Positions 51,083 through 64,000 of a stretch of DNA of 64,000 nucleotides are shown piece by piece. Position 1 is the first letter of the stretch, and each line of letters opens with the position of its first letter. Position numbers and translations under genes: made by a program. The stretch is from Fimbriosthenelais zetlandica. Taxonomy: Eukaryota. Location: the NCBI GenBank assembly GCA_977030845.1, contig OZ365112.1:24986001-25050000 (forward strand), in the 5' to 3' direction. Below the pieces are notes generated by a model that searched no databases, was not told where the DNA came from, and saw only the letters and a list, made by a program, of their open reading frames with translations.

Positions 51083-54000
51083 TGCATGTATACAGTCATA
51101 TTAGTATACGGGATATTAACCATTTTTGGTAGTAATTCCTATTACCAGACCCATTTGCAAATCCCTCAATTACTATGCAGGAGGCGGGGAGTGATCACAG
51201 GTCTAACAGTGGTAATCCGTCAGAAGGTCCGGAGGTCTGTAGACATTGATCATCTCTTATAGACATTAATGAGACGTCACGGTGAGAAGAGACTTAATGG
51301 ATGCCATCAAGCTAAAGGTATAGATCATGGATTTACCTTAAATGCACACTCCTTGATCAGATTGATGGACACATCATCACTATTTCTCATTACATCCATG
51401 AATCAAAGCCAGATTTCACTGTCTCTACCCCTATCATCTGGTGCTAAAGAAAGCATCTTATAGCCCTCTCGATGGCCTTTGTGGCTCACTGCAGAAGAAC
51501 ATCAAACATGTGTTTATGGTAGACGGGGCATTATCTGGAAATAAGTCCGTAACGATATGCAGGGTCTCGGTGAAGGCTGTATGAGGACAACCTAGCTCGG
51601 CCTTCCGGGAGTGCTTCCCCCACCTGCAAGACAAAAAAAATATGATAAGATTCCTGTTCCATTCGTCATCTGCTTTCTTAATTAATGACAGTTTAATCAG
51701 CCAGGGGATTTGAAAGATTCCCACATTTATAAAAGTAGTTTTTGTACCGGTTTAGGTGATTTCATTATTTTGGTGGTGGCTTAAATCAAGTCTGTGTGGT
51801 TTTTCTTCACACTTTTTTTTAAACACTCAGGTGTCATTAGTTATTTTTACATGGAGGAAAGCAATGATCATTGATATTAAAAGGCGTGAATTAATTGGAA
51901 TGGCTGTAATTATGGAATCATTGTGATGGCGTATGATAGGGTTTGATGGGATACATCATCTCCGAGTGGCATCATGATGCTTAAATGAATGTTGATACCT
52001 TAGCCTGATATGGGATGATTCTTTAAATGATTTGGCGATATATCTTAAATAGGTTTTCCTGGAAGTCGCAATTTGAAGTCATAACATAATGAAAAAGTTC
52101 CATCTCTGTGTAGATCACCAGGTACTGAAATGCACATCAGACCGCCTCTAGATTGGTACTGTCAGCGATAATATTAAGCTCCTTCCCAAGCCACATTTGG
52201 TGTCTTAATATTGCTGTTTGTCACATTAGTGGAAAATAGCTACTTCTCACCACTGTGTACCTTTGTATTGATATCACGCTATATGTACCCTCTAAACACA
52301 CCAACTGGCAACAAACCCACCAGCTAGGACTCAGTCCAAAACCCGCAGGCTACTACTCCTAATCATGCCATGTCTTATATACAGTTCCCGATGGCTTAAT
52401 TGAACAAAGTCCAAGTTTGGCTTCATACTGTCCCTTTCGATCCTTGCATGATACACTGAAGTCTAAGCCTAGCACGAGCATCTGCAATCTATATGAAAGC
52501 CGATTCTTATATTAAAATCTTTCAAACAGTTGGGAAATCTGATTCAACTTCTAATTTCTATATCCCTTTACAAGGCTCTGCAGTATACAGATTAAAATCT
52601 TTGAACTATTGGCCCGCTAATATTATATCTTTCTGTCTAATGTCAGTGGGGTTCTTGCCAAGCTAAAACCTTACTAAACACAGACTAGAGGAGGTTCATG
52701 AGACATTGCTAGTGCTTCACGCCCCAGGTGCTAATTAGAAGCAGTAGATAAATCATAGATGGGAGAGGAAAGGTGGAAAACTGTTATAACTTCTTACATA
52801 CACTCCTCATCATACACACGTTGTGCCATTACCGTTGTTGTTGGCCAACAGTTAAGTAGAAGTAAATGTCAGTATTTCCAAGGAATCTTACTCCCAATAG
52901 CAAATGCTTTGTCAGAAACTGTCACTACAATTCAAAAAACAAAAGTCCGCATACACATTTTTCCTATCCATCCTATAATGGATTTTATAAGGTTGTCCAA
53001 AAATGAAACGGCACAATTTTTGAGACAGAAGTTTTATTCTTTGGTTTGTACAATGTACACGTATTCAATTGACCAGTAAGCCTATACAATGGACTAAGAG
53101 TTAGTAAGCCCTAGAGGAATGAATGGATAAAGGCCAGTTCATTGCCCCAGGCATTGATTAAGAAAGCGATGAATATTTTCTAAGCATAAATCTGGATGAA
53201 TAGAGTATAGATTCTCAAGTCCCAGATTCACTTGCTTCTTTTAGTAAAAGGTACGTTTGAACCACTTGTGGGAAGATTTACATTAAGCACACTGCTGCAC
53301 TGAAGAAGTTTCTCATATTATTGAAATACCCTAGGTGTTTTTTTAGTTATTGTCATTTTCCACTGATGAATCGCCTCTGCATGAATTACCTACTTTTAGT
53401 GTGAATCTGGAATGATTGCCATTGATACATACCACTTAGCTGTATTCACGCTGTTATCATTTTCTTTTTTGAGGTCGGGTTTCCTGAGGACATGATATTT
53501 TATAATTGGAAGTACTTCATCACTATGATTGCTGATAATGGTGGTATTATCAGCTTGATTTAGCTGTGTAAACAGGCCCGCTCTGTGTGGGCCTGGGATG
53601 TTTATTCTCTGTGGGTGGGGGGTGCGGCAGTCCCTGGGGACGCGTTATAAAGGCAATGAAGACCAGCTGCACCTGAGTCTGACTTTCAAGCGTTAACTTA
53701 ACATGGAAGCTAAGGTAATAAATATAAGTATCTGGATCGCCCACCATCCTTAAATCCACAACATTCCTTTCATGTTGGACCATCCTCTGTGTCCCATTAG
53801 TGTATTTCGTTTAGACATGGAGGGATTATGCATGTACAAGATTTAGAGCATTTCTGCGAAAATAAAGGATCGCAGTACCAAATGGTGTGAATCAGCAGAC
53901 ATCATGTAAGGGACATCCTATATCCTCTTTTTGAATTTAATCCCCTTGTCCTGGCCATTTTAATTTATTGATGATTTGAAACCCTTGACGACAATGCACA

Positions 54001-54649
54001 ATGGAAACCATACTCATCTTGAAATCCAATACACGCTAAAACAGCACAGAACGATAGAGTCTGGCATATCACTTAAAATCTGATTACTGAATGACATAAA
54101 ATGGGAAATGGACATTGACAAAACCAAGCCCGCTTGTCGTTTCACCAACTGAGTCAGCTGTTATTGCTTTTAAAATCTCTCTCTTTCTTTGCTTCAAATT
54201 CTTGCGTTGAAGTCATATTCCCCCATCAACTCTCCATGGCAGCCATTTAAGTGCAGCAAGACATTTGTATGGAAAGCTGCTTGTGGCTGCCCACTTGATC
54301 TGTGCTATAAAAGCATGGATTTTCTGCTATGGTTCTAAACCGTTTTGTGTTTAGCCCTTTGACCATTCTCTTACCACTGCCTAACCGTGGGGGGTAGCCC
54401 TGGAAAGACCAGGCTCTAGAGCTTCCCTCAAGCTTCCCACATACTTTAATATAATGCCTTGACATGAAAAAGACATATAGGCACAATGATTATGACAGGT
54501 GGTTGGGGTGTCTGATATTCCAACCGGCTTGAGCATCGATGGCATTTCTCCACCACTGCTACTGGTGATACCATAGTACCCTATACTTGTTTCTATGTAA
54601 AGAAAAAATGGAAGTACTAATGCTGCAATGTCTCACTGCGAAATTCAGC

Positions 54650-55050
54650 CATTTTAAATCCCATTTATTTGTCTGACTCTGCCCTTGAATTTCGACGACT
54701 CTCCTCTTATTACCTGGATGTGCCTTTTTTCATTTGGATAAAATATCCTCCTCTCTAGTAGAAGCAATTCACATCCTCTTCTCATATGAAGATTTAACCA
54801 TATTAATTGTCTATGTCGGACGGTTAAATCTTTAAAATGGGCTGCATGCATGACAAATGCAAATAACCAAGACTTGACCTTTCCCCACTGAATTGAATTT
54901 GATCGCTATCATCCCTCCTTGCTCTTGTAAGGCCTCGCCTGTTGGTAGAATTACGAGCTAATCGCTGAAGTGAGAAAGTCGAAAGGATTGGATATAAGTA
55001 AGGCTCCAGCTCTTTTACTGAGAGCGTTCCCATGTCTCCATCATTGCATC
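54650..55050 (-). mobile_element. Degenerate CR1-like LINE RT N-terminal fragment
   Basis: Minus peptides DGDMGTLSVKELEPYLYPILSTFS ... GERSSLGYLHLSCMQPILK, then in another frame IFYPNEKRHIQVIRGESS. These follow the order of the CR1 motifs GPDG...LKEL..I.P.L..IF / G.RS.P.NYRPISLTC...KIL / IL...QHGFR.GRS. By-eye recognition only. Confidence 0.38.
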
Positions 55051-55562
55051 AATAAAATGATGATACGGGACAAAGGCTGCTCCTCTTAACCTAGCCTCAT
55101 GACCTTACCAGTATCACTGCAAAGGTCTTAGCTTTAGCACGACCAGTCACTAACGATCAGCTTGAATGGACTCCGCTTCCAAGGTTGTGCTCCATAAACC
55201 AATTGTCGTCAACTTAGCCAAAATGGATTCACACCAGCTTCCATGATGTGGAGATTATGACATTGGCATGTGAAAATAGCCGTATATTTGGTGACATTGG
55301 CTTTTTTTCCTCTATTTTAATCTGAGACAGAATGATCAGCCAAATTTTGCTGATGTGGCCACTGGTGGAGAACAACTGAAATATTTACCAATTGGGCAAT
55401 GACGAAGTATGTGTAATTGCCTATGGATTTTCATTTACATTTCACTTAACATTTCTCTGAATATTGGTAATTCCCTTAAAACAAACAGTAGTTCACAAAA
55501 GCCTCGCAAACTGTCGTCAAATTGCATCCCAGACACTAACAGCAATGCAAACAGACACGAGG

Positions 55563-55640
55563 TGACGTCAGCTGTTATAATGGCTGACATAGCACTTCAA
55601 CTGGCCACAAAAGCCAATGGAACTGACGTGACTGACGCCA
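55563..55640. promoter_or_regulatory. CRE/bZIP site cluster with CCAAT
   Basis: TGACGTCA at 55563-55570, CCAAT at 55614-55618, TGACGTG at 55624-55630 and TGACGCCA at 55633-55640. Confidence 0.3.
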
Positions 55641-57020
55641 GTGAGCCAGCACCTCGGCCAGGCAAAAAAAACTTTACTGCTTTTGTGGACTGTCATCAAG
55701 TTTTTGCCAGCCTAAAACGCCCACTTTCGATCTAATTGTCATCTGCTTTGAGCTCTAGTAGGCAAACTCTTTCCATAACACTTAGTTCTGTAAAGGCTTG
55801 GCCTCGTTGTGCTTCAGTGTTGTGAACGGGAAATTTCGAAGTCCGATCTCTTTGTTTTAGGTTGATAAAGCTCCCTGGAACATTGTCCTAGAAACAGAAT
55901 GCGATACGGTCTCGTTGATAAGCTAGAGGATCCAGGGATTGATTCTTGAAAAAGAAATCCTCATTTTTGTAAGCGGATCAAGTTCTGCGAAAGTTTTGAA
56001 CTGATGCCATCTCAAGTTTGCCCTATTAAGTTCTGCATGGCCTAGAAACAAGACAGGGAATGTTCACGCTTGTCAGTCCCTGAACGTAAGCACTTGTCAT
56101 TGTGCTTCTGAAACTATGTAAAGTAAAAAACCTATTAACTACTGAATCTAACCTATTTGTATCACATTTCCTTTGACAAAAACGACCTAAAGTACTCGTG
56201 AAATTGGCTAAATATTGTGCGTTCTGAACAAAGGGATTTCGACTAGTTCCTATATAGTCTACAGTAACTGTTGTAAAAGGTTTTCTGAAGCCTTGGCTTT
56301 ACAATCTTTGACGAGATTGTCCAGGTCCTCACATAATGTTTGAATCTTCAGTCAGTATCATTGTATGTTGAAACATCCTCCTTTTCGCTATTTCCCCTTG
56401 GATATCAGTATACCCCTCTATACAGCCATGTGCTTGTCTATATGATGATATCTAGATATCTATATAGGAGTAAATGTCAAGAAGTTCATGTGACTTTTCC
56501 TCCGCTCCCCTAACTTGCATCCTTATATCTCCTTATTGAACGAAGCAACTTCATACTTCTCCTGACCTTCTCAGACTTGACTTCGTCTATCAAACAGAAT
56601 TACTGGCAAAACAACATACACAAGTATAAGTCTCTGCATAAATATTCCTCTAAGTGAATATCAGTACTCCAAATCAATATCATCTGTAGCCATGTAGATG
56701 GATGACATCTGATCATGGTATAGAACATGAAGTCTATCAGTGCCAGGCAACAGGACAAACAACCATCACACTTTCTGTTTACATTGCCAGTGCATGTGTT
56801 ATCGTCGCACTTTGCTGGGCAACACATCACAGCTTTTTGTGTACACGTCATACCCTCATGACCACATGGCCATGTCCCATGAAATGACCTCCATAGCAAT
56901 AGATCACAGCCGATCAGTCTACAAGGAAAGTCTGGCCTAGATCACCATACAGAAAACACAATTCTCAGAGCTTTCTAGTAGGGACTGAGAACAAGCTCTT
57001 TCACCATTTAGTTTTGAAAT

Positions 57021-57251
57021 GTGAAAAGGCAGAAAATACTTTCTTCCCTGGTGTAGGGATACATAGGGTTTTGGAGGTGAAAATGCAGGAACTACTTTCT
57101 TCCCTGGTGTAGGGATACATAGGGTTTTGGAGGTGAAAATGCAGGAACTACTTTCTTCCCGAGTGTATGGATATTTGGATGAGAAAGGAATGAGGCAGGA
57201 ACTACGTTGAGTGTAGGGATAGGCTAAGGATTGAGGAACTACTTTCATCCC
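57021..57251. repeat. 56-bp minisatellite, about 2.5 near-perfect copies plus two degenerate copies
   Basis: TACTTTCTTCCC recurs at 57037, 57093 and 57149 (period 56). Degenerate GGAACTAC units follow at about 57198 and 57235. Confidence 0.9.
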
Positions 57252-58404
57252 AAGTCGAGGGTTCCTCCTCTCTTTCTTTCTCTTTTTTTTCTGAATATTA
57301 ATCTGAAGGCTATTCTGAATATCCATGTACATAAACATAGCATTGGACACAAAGCGGCTAGGTTGCTATTTGTCTGTGGTTAGGAAAAAATCTATCACAG
57401 AATTCTGGTGAAGAAGTGAATGTCGCCTTCAGGAGACTATTCTGCGTATAAAGGGGCATTTTGAATGTTGTATTCATGGATAGTGTGGCAGCCTGGATCT
57501 TGTTGCGGCTGTCCTTCCTTTATACCAGAATATTGACTCCAGCTCCTTCATATGCCCAATACTTTCCCATGCAAACAGATGCTCTGGAGGAGACACTATA
57601 TCACTTGACCACCCATTGCCTTAATACCAGGAGCCCAACGTAAGACCTCCCACGTTGTCAAAAGCAAGAGGATCAATGGGCGATGCTTCCAGCTAATCCC
57701 TTTGTGGGCCAATAATCAGGGAATCACCTCCTCCAATCCCTGCCAGCTACGGCACACGGCCAACTCTCTACTTCCGGCCATGTGACAATCAGGGTCTTAG
57801 CGTCTTGATCTAGACGGGATATAACCACGAGGGAGGCTGCTACCAGCAGCAGCTGCTTATGCAGGAGACCCCATAACCACACCCAGTTCCAAATGGCAAT
57901 AGGACTCTATACTGCTTCCGCTTCCCAATGGACAATTGGTATTTTCCCATTATATATCCCTCTTGACAGATATCCTTCCAGAAATATCATTTTTCTGTCG
58001 GGCAAAGGTCAGTCCGTACATCTTTCACCACCAGTTACCTTTCGCCGATTTTGTCCTGGTTGCCAGAGCTGCTTCTGCTGGAGATGATGATGATGATACA
58101 TGAGTCATTCTTTGCTTTAAAATCGGTGCTATTTATGACTCCATCATACATCTTTTGCTTTAGCTAGATCTTCTAGATCTTCCACTTATGGCATTGCCTA
58201 CCATTATTATCATGCACGGTGAGCACTTCTGTTGCCTTCCTTGTGGAGGACCCTTAAGGACACTTAAACTTTATAACCTGAGGTGACAAGTGTTCATGTC
58301 TTGGGAAGCGAGCCCCCTCAGCTGAACACTCCTTGTCCTAAGCTCTCTTACGCTCAAGGACTGAAGGAAAACCACAGCTCTCCTTCCCATCGTTTTCTCT
58401 CCGG

Positions 58405-58441
58405 CTCTCTCTCTCTCTCTCTCTCTCGCTCTCTCTCTCTC
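58405..58441. repeat. (CT)n microsatellite
   Basis: About 18 CT units with one G interruption. Confidence 0.95.
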
Positions 58442-61400
58442 CAGTTCCTCATCCTCGTTTTATGTTCCCTTCATGACCCTCCCTGTGACCAGGCTGATCC
58501 CTAGCCATGCTAACACTCTGTCCAGGTTAGAAATGATTGATAGCTTAGAGTGTGGTTTGCCTAATGCAATTACCCCCCTGCAGGTCCCCCAACTGGTGTT
58601 GTGAACCTGGGATCCAGACCTTCAGTTAGGATAGTACCTCATTGTGGTAACCATGCATGTATATATGGGCAGTACTGGTGGGATATATTGATGACCTCCT
58701 GGTTAAATAAGTACAGCAACTTGTTCTCCCTCCCTCTTAATTTCCATGTCAACTCTAACGATTTGTATAATGAATGATATTGATGGGGTGAAGGATATTG
58801 ATTAGGATGAAGATTGATCAGGCATATTATCGTTGCCAGTGATGTGTTCCACATGTTCATCATCGGGGGAATACTGCTGATCTGGATATGTTCTAATGGA
58901 AGATGCTGAACGGCATACTAAAACCCAGATTCAAAGAGATTACCTTGTCACTAGAAGGACCTTATCACCTTATTATGTAGCTTCAGTGGTCAAGCCTTCA
59001 AATTAAGTTTATGTCTACGAGGTCGCATCTGACATCGTTGATGCTAACAGAGGTGTTGCCGTCAAATTGCACCAAGCGAGATGACCCAATCCTTTCAATG
59101 ATGTAATGAATATGTTCGGAGTGTAAAGGACATTGCCCTCAGTACCTGAACTGTACCTGAGTTCTGGCTCTTGACCAGGTGGACTGAAGGTTAGTGTGGT
59201 GCCAGAATAGTTTCTCTTTTTCACTTCACCCTTGGTTGACCTGGGAATAGAGCAGATGTGATCTCTCATATCAGCTCTCCTTTGTCATCTCTCCCTGTCT
59301 GCCTCACTCTGTAGACAGAGTTGGGTGTCTTCTCAGGATGCTGACCTTTGGGCTGCAAGGAATTCATTCAGATTATATGTCATGCAGCCAAGATGGGCCA
59401 AAGCATATAGACTAAAGAGCAATATTACACTCTCGGTCATTTTTTTTAGGATGAAAAAACAGACGCACAGACGGAAGAAACAACTTAGAAAGTTACTTAT
59501 TCATGAACTGTTGTCTAAGGACGTCTTTGTGGCACTGTTTCCTGCTTTCATGATGGTTCACTTGAGTGTTTTTATTAGTACCAAGACAAAAAGGCTATAT
59601 TATACACTTATGTCATTTACACAGCCTTCTTTAACCAAACGATGGTAGACTAATTACCATATTAGATTTAGATATGGGGGGAAGGAAGTTGAGGCTATAG
59701 GTATAAAACATGATCAGCATATTCCAATTCCAGTGGATATAGCAGACATTAATATCCCACAAAAAGGTGTTTAAATCCCCTTGCAGCAACTTATTGATTT
59801 AACTGGCTTTTAAAACATACTTAATCAGAGTGGTGCATGGAATAATACATTATAGCCAACTTTCTGCCTTGGTATATCTAATTCCCACCATCCTCGAAGC
59901 GTAGATCTACATTCTATTTCGGAATATTATTCTGAAGTTCTGCAAGCTGCACTGAATACACTTTGTATTTGCTAAAGGGGAGCCGACAATTGGTAACATT
60001 TATCAAGGATATCCCTGTCAGTGTGGTTTCTTCCCCTTTCATTAGATTGCAGATTGGAATCTCTCTGCTACAAGGCCTCATATGGTTTGGTATTCAGATG
60101 GTTCGTTACAGTTATCGATTCACCTGACCGTCTTGCAGCCGACGCAAGTGACAGACAAGAGGGCTCATCGTCCATGCATGGATCCACAACCTCTCACTGC
60201 CCCCCAAAGATGGCACAGCAGTATCTTCCAATACAGGCTTTAAGTTCCATCTAAATGTAAACCCAATTGCCAGTCCCGCCTTTGGAGGGGATACACTGTA
60301 ATGCTAGGCTCTGAATCATGTCGGAATAAGTGGGCTTGTGATAAGGGAATCGGTTTGAACAGCTGGTAGAATTATCTGCAATGTGACTAATCTTAGTGGG
60401 ATATAGCCTGGATGGAAATGTTGTCTTCTTCTGACCCTGATTTGCTTTCCCATGCCAAATCTGATTTACAGGTTCAGATAGTGTCGATAGGTGGTCGACA
60501 ACCTGCAAAGCGATCAATAAACTTTCCCGCCACTAAAGCCTTGCCTCATGATTGCAGTGATAACTGCTGATGCATAATAGTTGACAAATCAATTTGTATT
60601 ATAAATCACCGCCGGCATGGATATATGTAAATATATGCATGCATATAATACACACATTACCATGGAATGTGTGTTATTGAATTGGCTGGATTGTTTGTAT
60701 AGGTTCTCAGCGTGTCTGCCCATGGGATGCGGTGAATCTGTCTCGAGGCAAAGATTTAGATGATGTACCATTATTTATTGTGCCGTTAATAAAGACTTGA
60801 CAGATTCCCTTTCCTACATTTAATGCTACTGGGGGATCGACAAAGGATAAGCTGCAGAATATTAAAAAAGATTTGTAAATTCCATTCTTTTGTCTGGAAG
60901 CAGTTTAGAGTGGGACAATGAGGCAACTACAATGCGCTTATGGGTTCTTTGGCTTAAAGGAAGAAGTTTAGAACAAGGAAAAGCAGATTTGATGATGTTC
61001 TACCCGAGTAAGCAAAGCTCCCAAGGTTATAGGGACATCTTATGGCTTGTCTGTTATGCTTGCATGGTCCTGATTGGAAGTTGAAAGTAAATCACAATCT
61101 CAACCGAGCCACCACATCATGAATAGTAAATGCCAATCTCAGATCGCTGGAGTTCGTCCAAGTTCATTCACTTAAGATTTATGATCAAAATGCACTCATC
61201 TATTGCGAGTAAAGTTATCATGTTTGAAAAAAAAATAATCATGATTTAGTAATGCACTGACTTAAATGCTCTCGTTAAGGCTGATCGGCTAGGCTCGTGA
61301 TCAGGCAACAAGGTGGTCTAACCTGCTGGCAAAACACCAGACTAGAAACTGGGAAACTGCATGGGAACAATGACCATCTTTTAAATTCCTCGTTGGGTTA

Positions 61401-61464
61401 ATGCATGTTATGTCCGATCATGCAGCATGACGTTGCTGATGCGTGTCATCACAGAATATCTAAG

Positions 61465-61477
61465 AGTTCAGTGAACT
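61465..61477. promoter_or_regulatory. IR1 nuclear-receptor element (FXR/EcR-type geometry)
   Basis: AGTTCA-G-TGAACT. Confidence 0.3.
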
Positions 61478-62349
61478 TAATTCCTGCTCGATGACAGTTG
61501 TTGCCTACACCACAAATAGAGCAATATATAAAAACACCAAAAAGTGAACAGGTTTCACTTTCATTTGCCACCAGCCTGCACAGTCGTCAGACTCATTTCA
61601 CTTTTTGTCATGGTCATATTTCAGAGAGAGGGGAGGCAAAATGATTTAAAAGCCCTGGAAAAACACGATGCCATATGCCATTGCATGTGCAGCAGCTGCA
61701 GGTAGGGCAGGCTTTTCAGATGTGCTGTTTTTACAAGTGGAGATTTTATCGTGCTTTAATAGAGGTGTACTTCATCATTGTTTACCTTTGCGTTCATTGG
61801 GACCCAGATTGGTGAACCTTTCCCCTTGGGGCATCGTAATATTTGGTATCAAATGCTTTCCATTCGGTATCTAATTGCAGATGTCTGCCATTTACTGTGT
61901 GATGGGGGGAGGGGAATTAGAATGAACAGCACCACAATCGATCAAAGTTATCATGCTAAAAGCTCTGTCATCATTTACGGGCATGCAGGAAATGTTGAGA
62001 TTTTTTTCTGTATGAATGAGAAATCGGATAAGGTTTTGTTCAAAAAGGATTTCAGAGTTGCTCAAGGAGCCAATGTTTTTGAATGGTTTATAAAATGTAC
62101 GACATCATAATGACACAAGTAGCCAAACATAAATATTGTCTGCATTTCCATTTTTGGTTCTGAATTGGGGATCCTCTCAATAATTCAAATTTCATCTAGT
62201 TCTGTGACTATATTCTGACTATTTCCGGATGTTTAGGGTACAATCTTTTGATCGTTTGCCAATTAATGTTGTTCCAGAATAATTAAATATCTCAAAAATC
62301 CCACAATCTAGGGATTCTCTTTGTTCTGTGCATGTGAACATTCCATAAA

Positions 62350-62700
62350 AAGTAGTTGAAGTGAGGTGATGTGAAACCCCTGCTAGGAACCTGTCTAGAG
62401 GCTCTCAATGGACTGTAGTGGAGACTATTTATAATGAGTCTAGGCGGTAAAGGAGTATAGGCGATGAAGTGACTTCAGAATGATTGAAGACAGATATCGC
62501 TCCTTTCAGTTAATGTCAGTTCTTTGCTAGAAATCGATAAATCAGCCACCGTGGATGCTTCACATGCATCCAATATCATGCCAGACCAATCAAAGATTAA
62601 TATGAAAATGTAAGGATAAGCCACTTTATCAATAGCATTCACTAAAATTCGGTTTTGAAGTGTTAAGAAATAGTTATTGCAAGAAATATGACTGGTGCCT
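62350..62700 (-). mobile_element. Degenerate L2/CR1-like LINE RT core fragment
   Basis: One minus frame reads YFLTLQNRILVNAIDKVAYPYIFILIFDWS...DICLQSF*SHF...LIINSLHYSPLRASRQVPSRG. This parallels LL...NDIL.AID.....L.FLDLS.AFD / L.WF.SYL / IING..S.P....GVPQG in order and approximate spacing. Confidence 0.45.
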
Positions 62701-64000
62701 ATAACGAACAGATACGATTTTTGTTGATATAACAAAGAATTCTATCTACATTAAATGTACCAAAGGACAATTCAGATTTGACGACTTGGACTGTTACACT
62801 TTTCACACATGTGTCTTTAATGCGCCTGTAATGTATACAGGTTAACGCGTTTCAAACCAACTGTTCACTTTATCACTACTGGAATTACGTTTTCCCCGCC
62901 GGGATTTCCATGACATGAACAATAGCTTTGCATGTCAGGATCTTGGAGGGAGGTTCCAGTGTCAATAAAAATCTCCATCAAAGGGATATAAAATTTGTGT
63001 GAACTAAAAGGCCTCACTAAAGAGCGGGTTGTCTCGTCTATGTCAAGGTTTGTATCTGGGCGATTAGGATTATGTCAAGACGGAAAGACAGCCACACAAG
63101 CAATATGAGCCGACAGAGAGAGCTTCAGCGACTTATGCATGCAAATTCTGCACAGCCAGACACAGCATTTTGACATGGCAAGTTAGGATGGTGCATTTAT
63201 ATTTCCTATTCTAATCCTGTTGTGTGCCAGGGGACTGTAAATGGCTGCGGATTTATGACCAATCGATGAATAATAAATCCCACCCCGCTGCAAGTTTGTT
63301 GAACTAATCTCCACGGCATTTGATCAATATATACCCCACTAATATTTTGCTTGACTCATACATGTCTGTAGGGATATGTGAATCCGTACCGCATTAGAAT
63401 ACTTGGTCGGTTTAAATGCGGAACTGTTTTCAATGTTCCACCTGCATGGCATCACTCAATATGCCCTTTCTCTGATCACCAACTTGGAATTCTCTCTGCA
63501 TCCCTTTGCTTCGGATTTCGAGTGAAAAAAGAGATGATTTGCCAATAATGAGAATAAACGTAAGATGGTGAAGAAAGCCAGGCAAGATGGATTAGGTCTG
63601 TGAACACGTGGCCTAGTAAAAAGCGGAGATAAGAAGGTCTAGTGGTAAAAGGTGGAAGGAGCGCTTCAATCCCAACAGATGATGGATTCACAGCTTGTGA
63701 AAACAGTAAAGGACTAAACATCCGAAGAGTCCCTTGCCAAATGGCTCCCTAGTTATCTCCCCTCTTGGCACTGGTTCTCTTACGGTTCTCTTACAAATGC
63801 ATCTGCTTTAATCTGCATCTGCATAAAGCTGATCCATCCAAAAGTTTACAAGATAAAATGTTATATGAGAGTTATACTTATTCAACAAAATTCAAGTCTA
63901 ATACGATCATTCTCCAGTGGCTACCGTTGTGGAGATAGGAGGCTATTCCTTCTAAGGTAAAAGTGTATCACTTGTTAAAGATCAAGGAAACTCTATCTCT

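Overview
Eukaryotic (metazoan-like, roughly 40% GC) non-coding DNA. There is no long ORF and no exon I can assign to a known protein, and I saw no rRNA, intact tRNA, CRISPR array or intact transposon, so this reads as a gene desert or very large intron. Directly supported: (1) the end of a satellite array at 1-1872 with a 186-bp monomer and about 520-bp higher-order period; (2) a decayed tRNA-Gly(CCC)-type copy at 15313-15385 (-); (3) a local duplication of about 240 bp at 48785-49350, a 56-bp minisatellite, small tandem repeats and a (CT)n tract. Recognised by eye only, at low to moderate confidence: several heavily eroded non-LTR retrotransposon (CR1/L2/RTE-like) reverse-transcriptase fragments. 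The most unusual signal is an apparent excess of paired nuclear-receptor half-sites (RGKTCA): four DR4 plus one each of DR2, DR3, DR5, IR1, ER1 and ER2, against about 1 expected from a rough hand estimate. Several orphan promoter- or enhancer-like motif clusters accompany them (ETS+X-box, NRF1+ETS+CCAAT, CRE cluster, posterior-Hox/Cdx sites). The motif matches are read directly from the sequence; any function is inference and untested.
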